Source of the DNA: Desulfobacterales bacterium
GTDB lineage: Bacteria; Desulfobacterota; Desulfobacteria; Desulfobacterales; UBA2174
DNA: 64,000 nt
Assembly (NCBI GenBank): GCA_963668645.2
Contig: CAXXWC010000001.1
Coordinates: forward strand, 448,001 to 512,000
Reading direction: 5' to 3'
The notes under the pieces are model-generated. The model ran no database searches, had not been told where the DNA came from, and saw only the letters and a list, made by a program, of their open reading frames with translations. This document shows positions 19,749 through 30,469 of the stretch, one piece after another; within the stretch, counting starts at the first letter, position 1, and each line of letters starts with the position of its first letter. The translations under genes and the position numbers were made by a program.

Positions 19749-20723
19749 TTAAAAGGTGTACATCACCCCCAGGACCCCGTGGATCGCATAGTCTTCGTCC
19801 ACCAGCGGGCTGTCGGTGATGTCGCTGCCGAACATGTCGATCCCGAATATGCCCACGATGGTCACATCTCCGAAAACAGGCCGCTGAGCCATGAGTTGTG
19901 CCCCGATCGCAAAGGATGATCCGGGTGAATAGGCCAGACGGTTCGGGCGCATTTCCACTGCCGATACCCCGTAAAGATAGTCGATCGTCTTTTCGCTCAT
20001 CCAGGTGAGGTGCAGCTCTGGATGCCATTCAAAGCCGGCGGCCGTCCACGGATACCCCAGAGACAGTTCCACCTGCTGGCCATCGTGTTCACCACTGATA
20101 TCCTGGAGTATCTTCAGGCCGACTTCCCATCCCGCGTACTCCCCTTCCATCCCCAGTCCGGCCCAGTACAACGGGTCGAGTTCGTCCATGCCTTTGAGAA
20201 AATCGCTGTCGTCCCGGTCGTACCCCTCCTCTGGCGCAATGGCGCCGATCACGCCGGCCGAGAACCGTTCGGTTCGGTAGAAGGCGAAACGCGCTTCGAT
20301 GCCGCTGGTCGCCTGGATCTCCAACGGTCCGTTCTCGTACATGAAAAACAGGGCCGGTTGATATTCCGTATCCACCCCCCGGTAGATGTCCTGTTCTACG
20401 GCAAGCCCCAATCCGAGCGACAACTCGCCGCCGATCCATGGCAGGCCTTTTTCCTTTTCGACGCTCAGAATGTCCCCGCCCGGCGAGATGATAACCTCAT
20501 AGTCGCCCCCCTCCCTGGAAGTGACCTCGACTTCGGTCACCTCCCGGCCATGCCACAGGTCCTCGCGTACTTCCGTTATGGTGGCCCCGGGGAGCCGCTT
20601 GGCGATCGCCCGGCGGACGATCTGCGGCACTTCGCCGGCCCGGACCCCGGATATGGTCCCCAGAAACAGACCGAGTCCCAGCACCAACATCGTTTTCCAT
20701 TGCGCCGATATGACCCGAACCAT
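19749..20723 (-). CDS. MipA/OmpV-family outer-membrane protein with an N-terminal PepSY-like domain
   Basis: Signal peptide, DYLYGVS, ITDSPLVD and terminal YTF; AGGAGAGG RBS before the ATG at 20723. Confidence 0.8.
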   Translation of the reverse strand: MVRVISAQWKTMLVLGLGLFLGTISGVRAGEVPQIVRRAIAKRLPGATITEVREDLWHGREVTEVEVTSREGGDYEVIISPGGDILSVEKEKGLPWIGGELSLGLGLAVEQDIYRGVDTEYQPALFFMYENGPLEIQATSGIEARFAFYRTERFSAGVIGAIAPEEGYDRDDSDFLKGMDELDPLYWAGLGMEGEYAGWEVGLKILQDISGEHDGQQVELSLGYPWTAAGFEWHPELHLTWMSEKTIDYLYGVSAVEMRPNRLAYSPGSSFAIGAQLMAQRPVFGDVTIVGIFGIDMFGSDITDSPLVDEDYAIHGVLGVMYTF

Positions 20724-21385
20724 TTTGCCTCTCCTTTTTCTCCTTTGGGGTTTTGGATTGACGGACGTGGCCACCGCCTTTTTCCGGTCACCTCCGGATT
20801 CCCGGCGTTACGGCGGCAGCGGCCAGCGCCTTGGGCCGGACGTCGAAACCGGCGCGCATCCTGGCCGGTCATCATAGTGCCTTCGACGTGGGAACAGAGA
20901 TAGCAAAGCGGTTGTGAAAAAAACGTCGGAAAAGGATCAAAACGGTGTGAAAAGCGTATGCGCAAACAGCGCTTTTCTGATGTGGGAAAAATTTCGCTGA
21001 TTCACTCCAGAGGCAAAATGAATGTGCAACGTGCTCGCGGGCGGCAGAACGGTCGCCCACGGCTATCTTCCGGAAAAAAAATCAGTGGATGAGATTTTCT
21101 TTCTGAAGTTTCCCAGTTTTTTCGGTCGGGCAGCCGACCGGCATCGTCAGACTCCTGAACGCACTGAGTGATAACTCGACGCAAATCAAAAACCTTTGTA
21201 AAAACAAGCAATTAGAAAAAAATCGGCAGCCTCGCAACCTGCTGAAATTATTAGATATATCGAACCGCTGTTTTTGCTGAAAAGATGCTTTATGCAATTA
21301 TATCAGATGTTTAAACTTGAATGCGAGGCCCGATCATGGTATGTTTGTTCAGCCAAAACCAACAATACCGTGCAAGGAACCTCGC

Positions 21386-22429
21386 ATGCTCATCTTACAC
21401 GACATCCTCGCAAAGCTCAAAGATCAATTCGCCGATTCCCGAAAAGCCGACGAACGAGGCATCTGGTTCATCTACACCATCGTGGCGATCATCATCCCGT
21501 TTACCGGCTCGAAAACATCCAATATCCGCCGATGCCTCACAACTCTTTTCGGCTTCCGACACATTGCCAAAAAACGCTTCTACACCTTCATGGCCTCACC
21601 GAAGGTCCCCTGGCAGCGGCTGTGGTCTGCACTCTGGAACATGATCCCCGAGCCGTTACCCAAGGCCGGTTGCTGCTAGCCCTGGACGACTACATAAACC
21701 CCAAAACGGGGCGCAAGATTTTCGCGTGCGCCAAGACCTTCGACCATGCCGCCAAGCAAAACCAGACCCAATACCCCTGGGCCCAGAACGTTGTGGCCGT
21801 CGGCCTGTTGAAGATCATAAAGGGGCGCTGGGCTTGTCTGCCGCTGAGCTGGCGGTTCTATCATTTGAAAACGAACATCTTTGAAGATCAACCGGGCGCA
21901 AAACCGGGTCAGGATCGAATTTGAGACCAAACTCGACCAGGCCGTGTCCATGATCGGCCGGATCGCCACAGTGTTTAGTCACGCTCACGTTACAGTGGTT
22001 GCCGACTCGTGGTTCGGCAATAACGGCCTTTACCGGCCGCTGCACAAAAGTCTTGGCCCGCGCTTGAGCCTGATATCGCGACTGCGTTCCAACAGCAACG
22101 TCTTCGCCCAGCCCGGGCAACGTCAGAAAAAGACGCGCGGAAGACCCGCCAAGTATGGTAAAAAGCTGGGCGCGGCATCGATGCTGGCCGAACAGTTCAG
22201 GCCGCTTGCCCGCTCGTACGAGGTCAACCTCTACGGCCGGGTGCGAACCGTTAGCGCCTATGAGCGCCAAGTGATGCTCAAAACGACCAAATGCGCGGTC
22301 AAGGTGGTATGGGTCTATCGGGCCAACCACTACGTGGCCCTGTTTTCAACCGACACAAGCCTTGGCGTCCAACAGATCATCGAGTACTATGGCGCCAGGT
22401 GAAAAATCGAAGCGGCTTTCAAAGAGCTC
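21386..22429 (+). pseudogene. DDE transposase (IS701-like), frameshifted and 3'-truncated
   Basis: LALDDYINPK, VVADSWFG and YYGAR*KIEAAFKEL are spread over three ORFs, with TGA replacing a Trp codon at 22400-22402. Confidence 0.8.
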
Positions 22430-22950
22430 TGATGCTGGTACAGTTTCGAAATGCAACTTACGGACGCTGAGGGTTTTAACGTGCGCCGAAGGCAACACAG
22501 AAGCATTCGTTAGTGGCGAGAATGTGGAGGTCCGCCGGAGTCATCAGGCCGTGGCATGCAGGAAGAGATGCGTTGGAGAACTCGGGAAGCCCCAAAGGTT
22601 CCAGGGAAAAGGACGAATGGTTCACTAAAGTGCTGAAATGCTGAGCCCAAAAACCTGGTGGGGGGAAGTCGGCCATCCGATGGGCCTCTACATGCTGATG
22701 GGGTGTCTTATCAGGCATACTACTCGGAGGTGGGGAAAGCCCACTACATGTGGAAGGACCTGACGGAAGTACGTAGCCCGCAAAGGGAACTCGTACCGGA
22801 CAATGTAGGGCTGGGCGAATACGAGCAAACCTCACTGCGGGGAATAGCAATCTTACGCGAAAGCGAGTACAACCGAGGAACCGGATGCGGGAAAACCGCA
22901 CGTCCGGGTCTGTGCGGGGGGCACTGGGTAACCGGAGTTCCTACCGCGAG
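22430..22950 (+). mobile_element. Group II intron remnant with the RT ORF internally deleted and the 5' end truncated
   Basis: Domain V GAACCGGATGCGGGAAAACCGCACGTCCGGGTC (22878-22910), domain VI-like hairpin ending CCTACCGCGA, and residual protein start QTSLRGIA. Confidence 0.85.
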
Positions 22951-22971
22951 ATACAAAGAGAGGTATTTCTA

Positions 22972-23604
22972 ATGTATGGAGTTCAGAATTTTGAATTGTT
23001 TTGCCTTTCGGCAATAATTCTAAGCGTTACGCCAGGACCTGATACTTTATATATTTTGGGAAGGACAATTTCTCAGGGAACTAGTTCGGGAATTGCATCT
23101 GTGCTCGGTGTAAGTACAGGAGTTCTTATTCACACCATTGCTGCAGCCGTTGGCCTTTCTACAATATTAGCCACTTCAGCTTTGGTATTCAAAATTATTA
23201 AATTAATTGGAGCCGCCTATCTGATTTACCTGGGAATTACACTGATCCTTGCGTCAAAGGATACTCATGCTTTAAACAAGAATAACTTAGCCTCAAGCAA
23301 TCTTTGGAAAATTTATAGACAGGGAGTTATAACAAATGTTCTTAATTCAAAAGTTGCACTGTTTTTCTTGTCATTTCTTCCTCAGTTTATAGATCCAAAT
23401 CATGGTAACGTAACCTCGTTTATTTTTCTTGGTATTACGTATGTTTTTACCTGTGCTATATGGTATTTAGTTGTCGCTGTTTTTTCTTCAGCAATAGCTA
23501 TGATTTTTCAAAAAAATACATTATGGATTCGCTCCATAAACAAAATTTCAGGTATTCTTTTTATTGGACTTGGTTTAAATCTGGCGTTTTCTAAAGCCGA
23601 TTGA
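22972..23604 (+). CDS. LysE/RhtB-family translocator (gene cassette)
   Basis: TPGPD, GAAYLIYLG and TNVLNSKVALFF; AT-rich; GAGAGG RBS; followed by attC. Confidence 0.9.
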   Translation: MYGVQNFELFCLSAIILSVTPGPDTLYILGRTISQGTSSGIASVLGVSTGVLIHTIAAAVGLSTILATSALVFKIIKLIGAAYLIYLGITLILASKDTHALNKNNLASSNLWKIYRQGVITNVLNSKVALFFLSFLPQFIDPNHGNVTSFIFLGITYVFTCAIWYLVVAVFSSAIAMIFQKNTLWIRSINKISGILFIGLGLNLAFSKAD

Positions 23605-23651
23605 GCCATATCGGATATTACATAAAAACATAATGTTACTAATATCATTTT

Positions 23652-23722
23652 GTATAACCTGACGCTTCACCAGACAAAAGAACGCAGGCGCGTTTTTTTG
23701 TCTGGTGAGCTTACCGTTATAC
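23652..23722 (+). other. Integron attC site
   Basis: R'' GTATAAC and R' GTTATAC are exact complements; internal palindrome GCTTCACCAGACAAAAGAACGC/GCGTTTTTTTGTCTGGTGAGC with one extrahelical base; 71 bp. Confidence 0.85.
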
Positions 23723-23735
23723 AACAGGGTGAAAT

Positions 23736-24203
23736 ATGTCGCTGCTGATACAAGAAATTCCGACTACTGATGCGCCAATGAAACTTCTATTACTCGCGGA
23801 TCCTTCGGAGGTGAAGATTCGCTCCTATTTGCCAGAATCAAGGTGCTTTGTCGTCATGAGTAATGAGATTGTTATGGGTGCATGCGTAGTCAAGCCCCGA
23901 GGGGCTGGTGTGCATGAACTTATGAGTATCGCGGTACACCCAGATTATCAACAATCCGGCAATGGTACCGCACTTCTGAAATGGGTTATCGATTTCTTTC
24001 GGAGAACTGGCGCCAGCCAGTTGGAAGTGGGCACAGGTACATTTGGTTACCAACTTTCTTTTTACCAAAGGCAAGGCTTTCGGGTCACAAGCATTGACCG
24101 AGACTTTTTTCTTAAAAACTACGACGAGCCAATATTTGAAGATGGTATTCAGCTTATGGACATGTTGCGTCTCACCATTAGGTTTGACAACGATATTGTA
24201 TAA
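23736..24203 (+). CDS. GNAT-family acetyltransferase (gene cassette)
   Basis: LLLLADPS, IAVHPDYQQSGNG, VGTG and FYQRQGF; the stop codon overlaps the next GTATAAC. Confidence 0.9.
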   Translation: MSLLIQEIPTTDAPMKLLLLADPSEVKIRSYLPESRCFVVMSNEIVMGACVVKPRGAGVHELMSIAVHPDYQQSGNGTALLKWVIDFFRRTGASQLEVGTGTFGYQLSFYQRQGFRVTSIDRDFFLKNYDEPIFEDGIQLMDMLRLTIRFDNDIV

Positions 24204-24245
24204 CAAGGCTTTTGCTCGCGCCCAGCGAAGCCCGAATCGTTGGGA
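24198..24245 (+). other. Degenerate, shortened attC site
   Basis: GTATAAC...GGCTT/AAGCC...GTTGGGA, followed by an AAGGAGG RBS. Confidence 0.5.
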
Positions 24246-24277
24246 AGCTCCATAAGGAGGTGAAATTTGATATTGTT

Positions 24278-24656
24278 GATGCTCTCGTAAAAAAGTCGAC
24301 GTTCGAATCAAGCCTGGTTATGAACATATGTTCGTAACATGAGCCTCCCGGCGATCCGAGAAGTAGTTGAACCGAAAAAGCCGCCGATTCGCTCTTTGAA
24401 AAGTCGAAAAACACGGAAAAGACCCCGGTTACGGTCGGGATTGGCCCCTTTAGCCCGCATTCGGGCATGGCGGGCCCCCAGAGCCCGGGCAAGGTTGACC
24501 GCCGTGGCCTTCATGACCGCAGCGAAGCGTACCGCTTTTTTGCCTCGCACCCTGAGTCGTTTGACGCCCGTTATCCGGTCGTATTGGCTCATGGTCGCCT
24601 CGACCCCGGCGCGCCAGCGGTACTTTTGCCGGAACGCTTCGGTCTGCTCATGCTGC
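24278..24656 (-). mobile_element. IS fragment (IS1182-like transposase C-terminus plus terminal inverted repeat)
   Basis: YRWRAGVEATMSQYDRITGVKRLRVRG; end sequence GATGCTCTCGTAAAAAAGTC at 24278. Confidence 0.7.
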
Positions 24657-25047
24657 AGATGTCGATGTTATTATTCCTAAACAAATTGTCGCATGTCGAA
24701 TTTTTTGAGGCTGCAAAGTTTTGGATGAACGCATGGATAACTCTATCAATAGCGTTTCTGACACTGTTTACAGTGGCGTTAACAGGTATGTGTATGATTG
24801 ATCGAGAAAGGTATGGATGGAGTGCAATACCTGGTTACCTCGTAAAAAGCCCGATTTGCCTTTCGTACGTCATTCCTGTGAAAGCAGGAATCCCGTAATT
24901 ACAGAGGCTTTTGGATGCCGGATCAAGTCCGGCATGACGGTTTCCGGACTTTTTACGAAAGCATCAATACCTGAAGAGACTCAAATACTTGCTATTCTAT
25001 ATTCAATAAGTGCTATCTGGATGTTGGCAGCTGGCTTCCTGTGGTGG
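24657..25047 (+). pseudogene. Truncated, MITE-interrupted paralogue of the 45039-45689 membrane protein gene
   Basis: Colinear with 45391-45641 once the 132-bp insert and one copy of the 8-bp duplication are removed. Confidence 0.9.
24834..24965. mobile_element. 132-bp MITE with an 8-bp target-site duplication
   Basis: AATACCTG at 24826-24833 and 24966-24973; imperfect TIRs TCGTAAAAAGCCC/GGACTTTTTACGA; internal REP-like palindromes. Confidence 0.88.
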
Positions 25048-25085
25048 CCCAGCATGAATCGCTCGCTCATCCGTAGGATTTTCGA

Positions 25086-26204
25086 CTACTCCGGCTCGCT
25101 ACCGTCCTCTTCATGATCGGCATACTTCAAGGCAATCTGATGAAATTCATCGTGCAACGCCTTGAATGCTTCCAGGATATCCGGATCGAAATGATCCGGC
25201 TCCACCCGGCCGTCGCCTTCGGTAATGATCTCAACCGCTTTTGGGTGGGGGTAAGGGGGCTTGTAAACGCGCCGGCTGATCAGTGCATCGTAGACGTCGG
25301 CCATGGCCACCAACCGCCCGGGCAGGGGTATCTCCTCTCCTTTCAGCCCATCGGGATATCCCGAGCCGTCCCATTTTTCGTGGTGGCTGTGGGCGATCTC
25401 CTTGCCGACCTGAAGGAAAGTCGACCCTCCCCCGTTTGCACCCAGTGCTTTTTCGGCCCGCATCAACGCGTCTCGGCCGTAAATGGTATGTCTCTTCATT
25501 TCCTCGAACTCTTCTTTATTCAGAGGTCCGGGTTTGAGCAGGATGCTGTCCGGTACCCCCACCTTGCCGATGTCGTGCAGGGGAGTGGACTTGAAAAGAA
25601 GCTCGATCATCTCCTCGTCCAGATATTCCCTGAATTTGGGCTTTGATGCCAGATGCCTGGCAAGGGCGCGGACATAATGCTTGGTGCGCATGATGTGGGC
25701 GCCGGTCTCGTTGTCACGATACTCGGCCAGCACCGCCAGCCCGAGAATCGTCACATCTCGGGTGTAGACGAGTTCTTTGGTCCGCTGGCGCACCTTTTCT
25801 TCCAACACACGATTCTGGTTGTGCATCGCCAGGTGGGTCTCCACACGGGCCTTGACCAGTGGCGGGCTTATGGGCTTGGTGATGTAATCGGCGCAGCCTG
25901 CTGCGAAGCCTCTTGATTCATCCTCGATTTCATCTTTTGCGGTAACGAAGATCACCGGTATCTGTTTGGTGTCGGCCCGTGACTTCAACTGCTGGCACAC
26001 CTCGTAGCCGTTCATTTCGGGCATCATGACGTCCAGAAGGATCAAATCCGGCGGATCGTTACCGGTGGCGATCCTCAACGCCCGCTCACCGTTGATGGCC
26101 GCCTTTATCCTATAGTCGCTGCCCAGGATACCAACCAAGACATCTATGTTTTGAGCGTTGTCATCCACGACAAGTATCGTCTGCTTTTCAAGTTGTCCCG
26201 GCAT
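25086..26204 (-). CDS. Response regulator with an HD-GYP phosphodiesterase domain (RpfG-like)
   Basis: Receiver ILVVDD and LLDVMMP; HDIGK, HHEKWDGSGYP and ADVYDAL. Confidence 0.93.
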   Translation of the reverse strand: MPGQLEKQTILVVDDNAQNIDVLVGILGSDYRIKAAINGERALRIATGNDPPDLILLDVMMPEMNGYEVCQQLKSRADTKQIPVIFVTAKDEIEDESRGFAAGCADYITKPISPPLVKARVETHLAMHNQNRVLEEKVRQRTKELVYTRDVTILGLAVLAEYRDNETGAHIMRTKHYVRALARHLASKPKFREYLDEEMIELLFKSTPLHDIGKVGVPDSILLKPGPLNKEEFEEMKRHTIYGRDALMRAEKALGANGGGSTFLQVGKEIAHSHHEKWDGSGYPDGLKGEEIPLPGRLVAMADVYDALISRRVYKPPYPHPKAVEIITEGDGRVEPDHFDPDILEAFKALHDEFHQIALKYADHEEDGSEPE

Positions 26205-26271
26205 GGCCGCTCCTTTAAAAAATTTCGGATCCCACCGGATGGGCTTCGGTTTTTGAATCAAACGGCTCAAT

Positions 26272-29200
26272 TCATTTTTTCATGACCCTGTCCAGTTCAT
26301 CGAGGGCTCTTTTGAAATCGTAATTTTCCAGACGCCGTGCAACCTCCTCCAATCCCTCCCTTACATCGCTTTGCTCGATGCCGTCCTTGACTTGAGCCAG
26401 GTAATCCAGTGCAGCCGTATCATCATTTCCCAGCAGGACGCGAAGTTCGCCAAGTGCTGACATTATCCCCGACCTGTCCGGGGCGCTGCCGGATTCCCCG
26501 ATCTTCTTTTCTTCTTGCAGCCCTTCGATGCCGGCGATTCCGGAAAGAACCGTCTGTAGACAGCCCGATAGACGCCCCACCAAGTTGTCGACCCCTTCTT
26601 TCCGGTCGATGACGGCCCGTTCGAGTTGTTTTGCCGCCTCATAGAGCTCACGAGCGCCGATGGTTCCGGAAACCCCTTTCAGGGAATGGGCGAGACGAGC
26701 GGCCGTTTCGAAGTCCTGCGCGGCCAGAGAGTCTGAAATCGCCCCGGCAGCCCCGGCGTATCCTTTCTCGAACTTTGCTAGCAGGCTTTTCAACAGATCC
26801 ACGTTTCCGTCGACCCGTCTCAGGGCATCTTGGATGTCGATGCCCGGCAAGAACGCGGGCAGCGTCTCATCGGAGATATGGGATTGTGAAGCCGGGGTGC
26901 CATCAACCGCTCCCGCAGGCCCTCCGTCCGGTGGAGAAGCCGGCAGGTCGGCGTCTTCTTTTCGGGGCTGGATCCATCGAATCAGGGCTGCAAGCAGCAC
27001 CTGGGGATCGATGGGTTTGGTAACATGGTCATTCATCCCGACGTTCAGGCTCTTTTCCCGGTCACCCGCCATTGCGTGGGCGGTCATGGCGATAATGGGA
27101 ACCGGCGACGGCCGGTTGCCGGCCGGCGGCCCGGAAGCCGGACCAGGCTGCCGGCCCGTTTCCCATTCACGAATTCGGCGTGTGGCCTCAAACCCGTCCA
27201 CTGCCGGCATCTGGATGTCCATCAGGACAAGGTCGAAGACCTGGTCCTGGAAAATTTCAAAGGCGATTTTTCCGTTCCCGGCGACGACAACCTCCATTCC
27301 GACCTTCTGGAGAATCTCGCGGGCGACCTGCTGGTTGATTTCGTTGTCTTCTGCCAGCAGGATTCTGGCGCCACGGATCTGTCCGAGGCCCCTGAGATGG
27401 GGCGCGACGAATTTCCCGGTTGTCTGATAGGGAAGCTGCTTTTTGCCGAACACTTCCTTGATGGCGTTGAATAAAACGGACGGGTTGACGGGTTTGACGA
27501 TAAAGCCGGCCGCATTGACCTCTTGGGCCGCTCTCATCACTTCGTCACGATCATGGGCAGTCACCAAAATGATCTTCGGCAGGTGATTCCGTCTCGGATT
27601 CTGGAAGATACGCCGGGAGGCTTCGATGCCGTCCATTTCCGGCATCTTCCAGTCCATGATCACCAGTTGATAAGGGGCACCTGCCTCCGACGCGCGGTCC
27701 AGTTCCATCAAGCCTTTTTCACCCGAACCGACCGTGGTGACATCAAAGCGCATCGATTCCAGGATTTGCTTCAGGATCTGTTGGGACATGAGGCTGTCGT
27801 CCACCACCAGGATCCGCATTCCACCAAGATCTCCGACTTCCCATTGGGGCTTTACCGCCACCTTGGCATTCAGTCCGAAAATCACGGAAAAAGTGAAGGT
27901 GCTCCCTTTTCCCGGCGTGCTTCTGACACCGATCTGCCCCCCCATCATCACCACCAGGCGCTTGCTGATGCTCAGGCCGAGGCCCGTCCCCCCGTATTTG
28001 CGCGTGGTGGAGGTATCGGCCTGGGAAAACATCCCGAAGAGCCCGGCCGCCTGTTCCTCAGTCATACCGATCCCGCTGTCGGTGACCGAAAACCGGATGA
28101 CGGCCTTTTCTCTCAAGCGTTTCTGCAATTCCACGGCGATGACGATTTCCCCCCGATCGGTGAATTTGACGGCATTGCCGGTCAGATTCAGCAAAACCTG
28201 CCCAAGCCGCACCGGGTCCCCGACCAACGATAAGGGCACGTCAGGGGCGATGTCGATCAGGATCTCCAACCCTTTTTGCCGAACGTTGATCAGCAGCGTG
28301 CTGACGATCTCTTCGAGCACTTTTTCAAGCTCGAAATCGATGAATTCGAGATCGAGCTTTCCGGCTTCGATTTTGGAAAAGTCGAGAATGTCATTGATCA
28401 CCCTGAGCAGCAATTTGGCCGATCCGTCGATTTTTTTCAGATAATCGACTTGCTTGGGATCGAGGCTGGTCTGCAGCGCCAGATGCGACAATCCGATGAT
28501 GGCGTTCATCGGCGTGCGGATTTCATGACTCATGTTGGCCAGAAAATCGCTTTTGGCCTGATTGGCTTTTTCGGCTTCCTTCTTTGCTTGGGCGATTTCC
28601 GACCATCTCAGGATGCGCATCCAGGCATAGTTGATCTGGCTGCAAAAAAGATCAATCAGCGCCTCTCCGGCGACAACGGCCGCATCTTCTCCTTTCTGGG
28701 CATCCCGGATGGTCAATGTGGCAATGACTTCGTTTTCCTCCGAAAAAACAGGCCATGTGCCGCAACTGAAAAAATGGCCTGATTGGGCAGTTTCCCGGCA
28801 CAGGGCATAAGCCGGCTCGTCGACCACGTTGGGATAAACCAGTTTCTGGCCGGATGCGTAAACGGCCTGCGGGCATTCGGATTGTTCAGCGCCATCCAGG
28901 AAATCCGGGGAACTGCAAGCCAGGGGCACCATGCGCCCCCCCTCCCTGGCCACACTCACCCAGGCCGAATGCGCGCCCAGGTGCATCACCGGAGCCTGGG
29001 CCGCCGTCAGGGCCAATTCGTCGATGGTCCGACAGGCCGCAAGCCGCTCGCCGGCTTCGTGCAGCCCCATCGCCCATTGGGACCTCAGCTTCAAGGTATT
29101 CTCGGACCGCTTGAGATCCGCCACTGCATTTTCTGCGATCTTGCGTTGCTCGTTGATGTCCTGCATCAGACTCAGCGCCGCCCGCTTGGAGGCGTTTTCA

Positions 29201-30444
29201 GCCTGGGTACGCACCCGGATCTGCTCTTCCAGGTGGAGTTTTTGTGAGCTGATGGACCCTGCCATGTCGTTAAAGGCTGCCGCCAGAAGGCCGAATTCGT
29301 CTTGCCGTTCAACCATCGCTCTTGCTTGCAGATCGCCGTTTTTGAATCGCTCCACGACACCGAGGAGCATCATCAGGGGGCGCATTATGCTCCGTGCGAC
29401 GGGCCACATGAAAAGCCCCAGCACTCCGGCCATAACCATTATCGCCACAGTAACGGCTCCGACGATCCGCGGATCGAACAGGGACAGGTCGATCGCAGCG
29501 GCCGGAAGATCGGCACCGAAAACCAGATACTCGCTTTCTTTGGCCCAGAGACGGGAAAGCGCCACTCCCAGTATCCTGTCGCCTATCTTCTCCATTGGCG
29601 GCGTCGCACTGAGCAGCGCCGCCCAATGCTCCGGATAATCCTTTTTGAGGCCCTCACCGGTGTCAAGGTCCCGGGGACCGCCCCATCTCTTTTCCGGCGC
29701 CCTGTCATTGTGCAGATAGTATCCATCGGCATCGGTTATGAAAATATGGTCCGAAATATCGTCGTGCCTTTCGAGTCCAGACTCAATCATGCGCGAAAAG
29801 AGCATGTCGGCGACTACGATGCCCTGGAAGCGACCAGCCTTGTCGAAAAACGGGGTGGCCAACTGAATGACGGGCTTGTAAGGTTTCTTAATCTCACCCC
29901 GTTCCCGATTCAGATCCACGGAAGAGATGTAGATCTGATCTCGGGAGAGCATCGCCGCTTCGGTAAAATAATACTCGTTGTTCCCGCTGAGAAGCTGCTC
30001 TGGCGGCACGGCAACGGCGCGATCTTCCCCAAAATTGACGCGCACGATTTCCATGCCGTGCTTGTCCAGGATCCGCAGTTTGTCGTAGATTTTTTTGGTC
30101 TCGATCAGTGCCGAAAAGATATGGCTCATCCTTTCGCGCCACTGGGCTTCCGTGCTGTTTTGCTCGGGATCAAGGCCCCGGTTGGCCCACGCCCGCATGA
30201 GCCCCAGCGTGGGCGGGCAGGCAGATAAAAATCGGACATCTACCTTTGCCGATGCAACGCGGTCTGCCAAGACCGCGGCCGCTTCCTGCAAACTGACCGA
30301 GACCTGGTCGCTGCGGGCCCGCTCCACTTCCTGCTGAATGACGTGAATCGCCACAGCGATGCCGATCAGGAAAATCGGCAGAACAACGGCCACAACCATC
30401 ATGTTCAACCGGTGGCGATAACTCAAATCACGGCGGTTCTTCAT
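26272..30444 (-). CDS. Hybrid sensor kinase (Cache-HAMP-GAF-like-HisKA-HATPase-REC-REC-Hpt)
   Basis: [21 protein letters not shown], two receiver domains and Hpt [13 protein letters not shown]. Confidence 0.93.
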   Translation of the reverse strand: MKNRRDLSYRHRLNMMVVAVVLPIFLIGIAVAIHVIQQEVERARSDQVSVSLQEAAAVLADRVASAKVDVRFLSACPPTLGLMRAWANRGLDPEQNSTEAQWRERMSHIFSALIETKKIYDKLRILDKHGMEIVRVNFGEDRAVAVPPEQLLSGNNEYYFTEAAMLSRDQIYISSVDLNRERGEIKKPYKPVIQLATPFFDKAGRFQGIVVADMLFSRMIESGLERHDDISDHIFITDADGYYLHNDRAPEKRWGGPRDLDTGEGLKKDYPEHWAALLSATPPMEKIGDRILGVALSRLWAKESEYLVFGADLPAAAIDLSLFDPRIVGAVTVAIMVMAGVLGLFMWPVARSIMRPLMMLLGVVERFKNGDLQARAMVERQDEFGLLAAAFNDMAGSISSQKLHLEEQIRVRTQAENASKRAALSLMQDINEQRKIAENAVADLKRSENTLKLRSQWAMGLHEAGERLAACRTIDELALTAAQAPVMHLGAHSAWVSVAREGGRMVPLACSSPDFLDGAEQSECPQAVYASGQKLVYPNVVDEPAYALCRETAQSGHFFSCGTWPVFSEENEVIATLTIRDAQKGEDAAVVAGEALIDLFCSQINYAWMRILRWSEIAQAKKEAEKANQAKSDFLANMSHEIRTPMNAIIGLSHLALQTSLDPKQVDYLKKIDGSAKLLLRVINDILDFSKIEAGKLDLEFIDFELEKVLEEIVSTLLINVRQKGLEILIDIAPDVPLSLVGDPVRLGQVLLNLTGNAVKFTDRGEIVIAVELQKRLREKAVIRFSVTDSGIGMTEEQAAGLFGMFSQADTSTTRKYGGTGLGLSISKRLVVMMGGQIGVRSTPGKGSTFTFSVIFGLNAKVAVKPQWEVGDLGGMRILVVDDSLMSQQILKQILESMRFDVTTVGSGEKGLMELDRASEAGAPYQLVIMDWKMPEMDGIEASRRIFQNPRRNHLPKIILVTAHDRDEVMRAAQEVNAAGFIVKPVNPSVLFNAIKEVFGKKQLPYQTTGKFVAPHLRGLGQIRGARILLAEDNEINQQVAREILQKVGMEVVVAGNGKIAFEIFQDQVFDLVLMDIQMPAVDGFEATRRIREWETGRQPGPASGPPAGNRPSPVPIIAMTAHAMAGDREKSLNVGMNDHVTKPIDPQVLLAALIRWIQPRKEDADLPASPPDGGPAGAVDGTPASQSHISDETLPAFLPGIDIQDALRRVDGNVDLLKSLLAKFEKGYAGAAGAISDSLAAQDFETAARLAHSLKGVSGTIGARELYEAAKQLERAVIDRKEGVDNLVGRLSGCLQTVLSGIAGIEGLQEEKKIGESGSAPDRSGIMSALGELRVLLGNDDTAALDYLAQVKDGIEQSDVREGLEEVARRLENYDFKRALDELDRVMKK

Positions 30445-30469
30445 GAAAAATTCTCCGCAAAGGGACCGG

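Noticed and set aside
22885..22971. N-terminal extension of the LysE ORF (MRENRTSGSVRG...)
   Set aside because: It is a translation of intron domains V and VI; the RBS-supported start is 22972.
22658..22972. 104-aa ORF as a reverse transcriptase, retron or DGR gene
   Set aside because: No RT motifs such as YADD; it is intron RNA plus a few residual codons.
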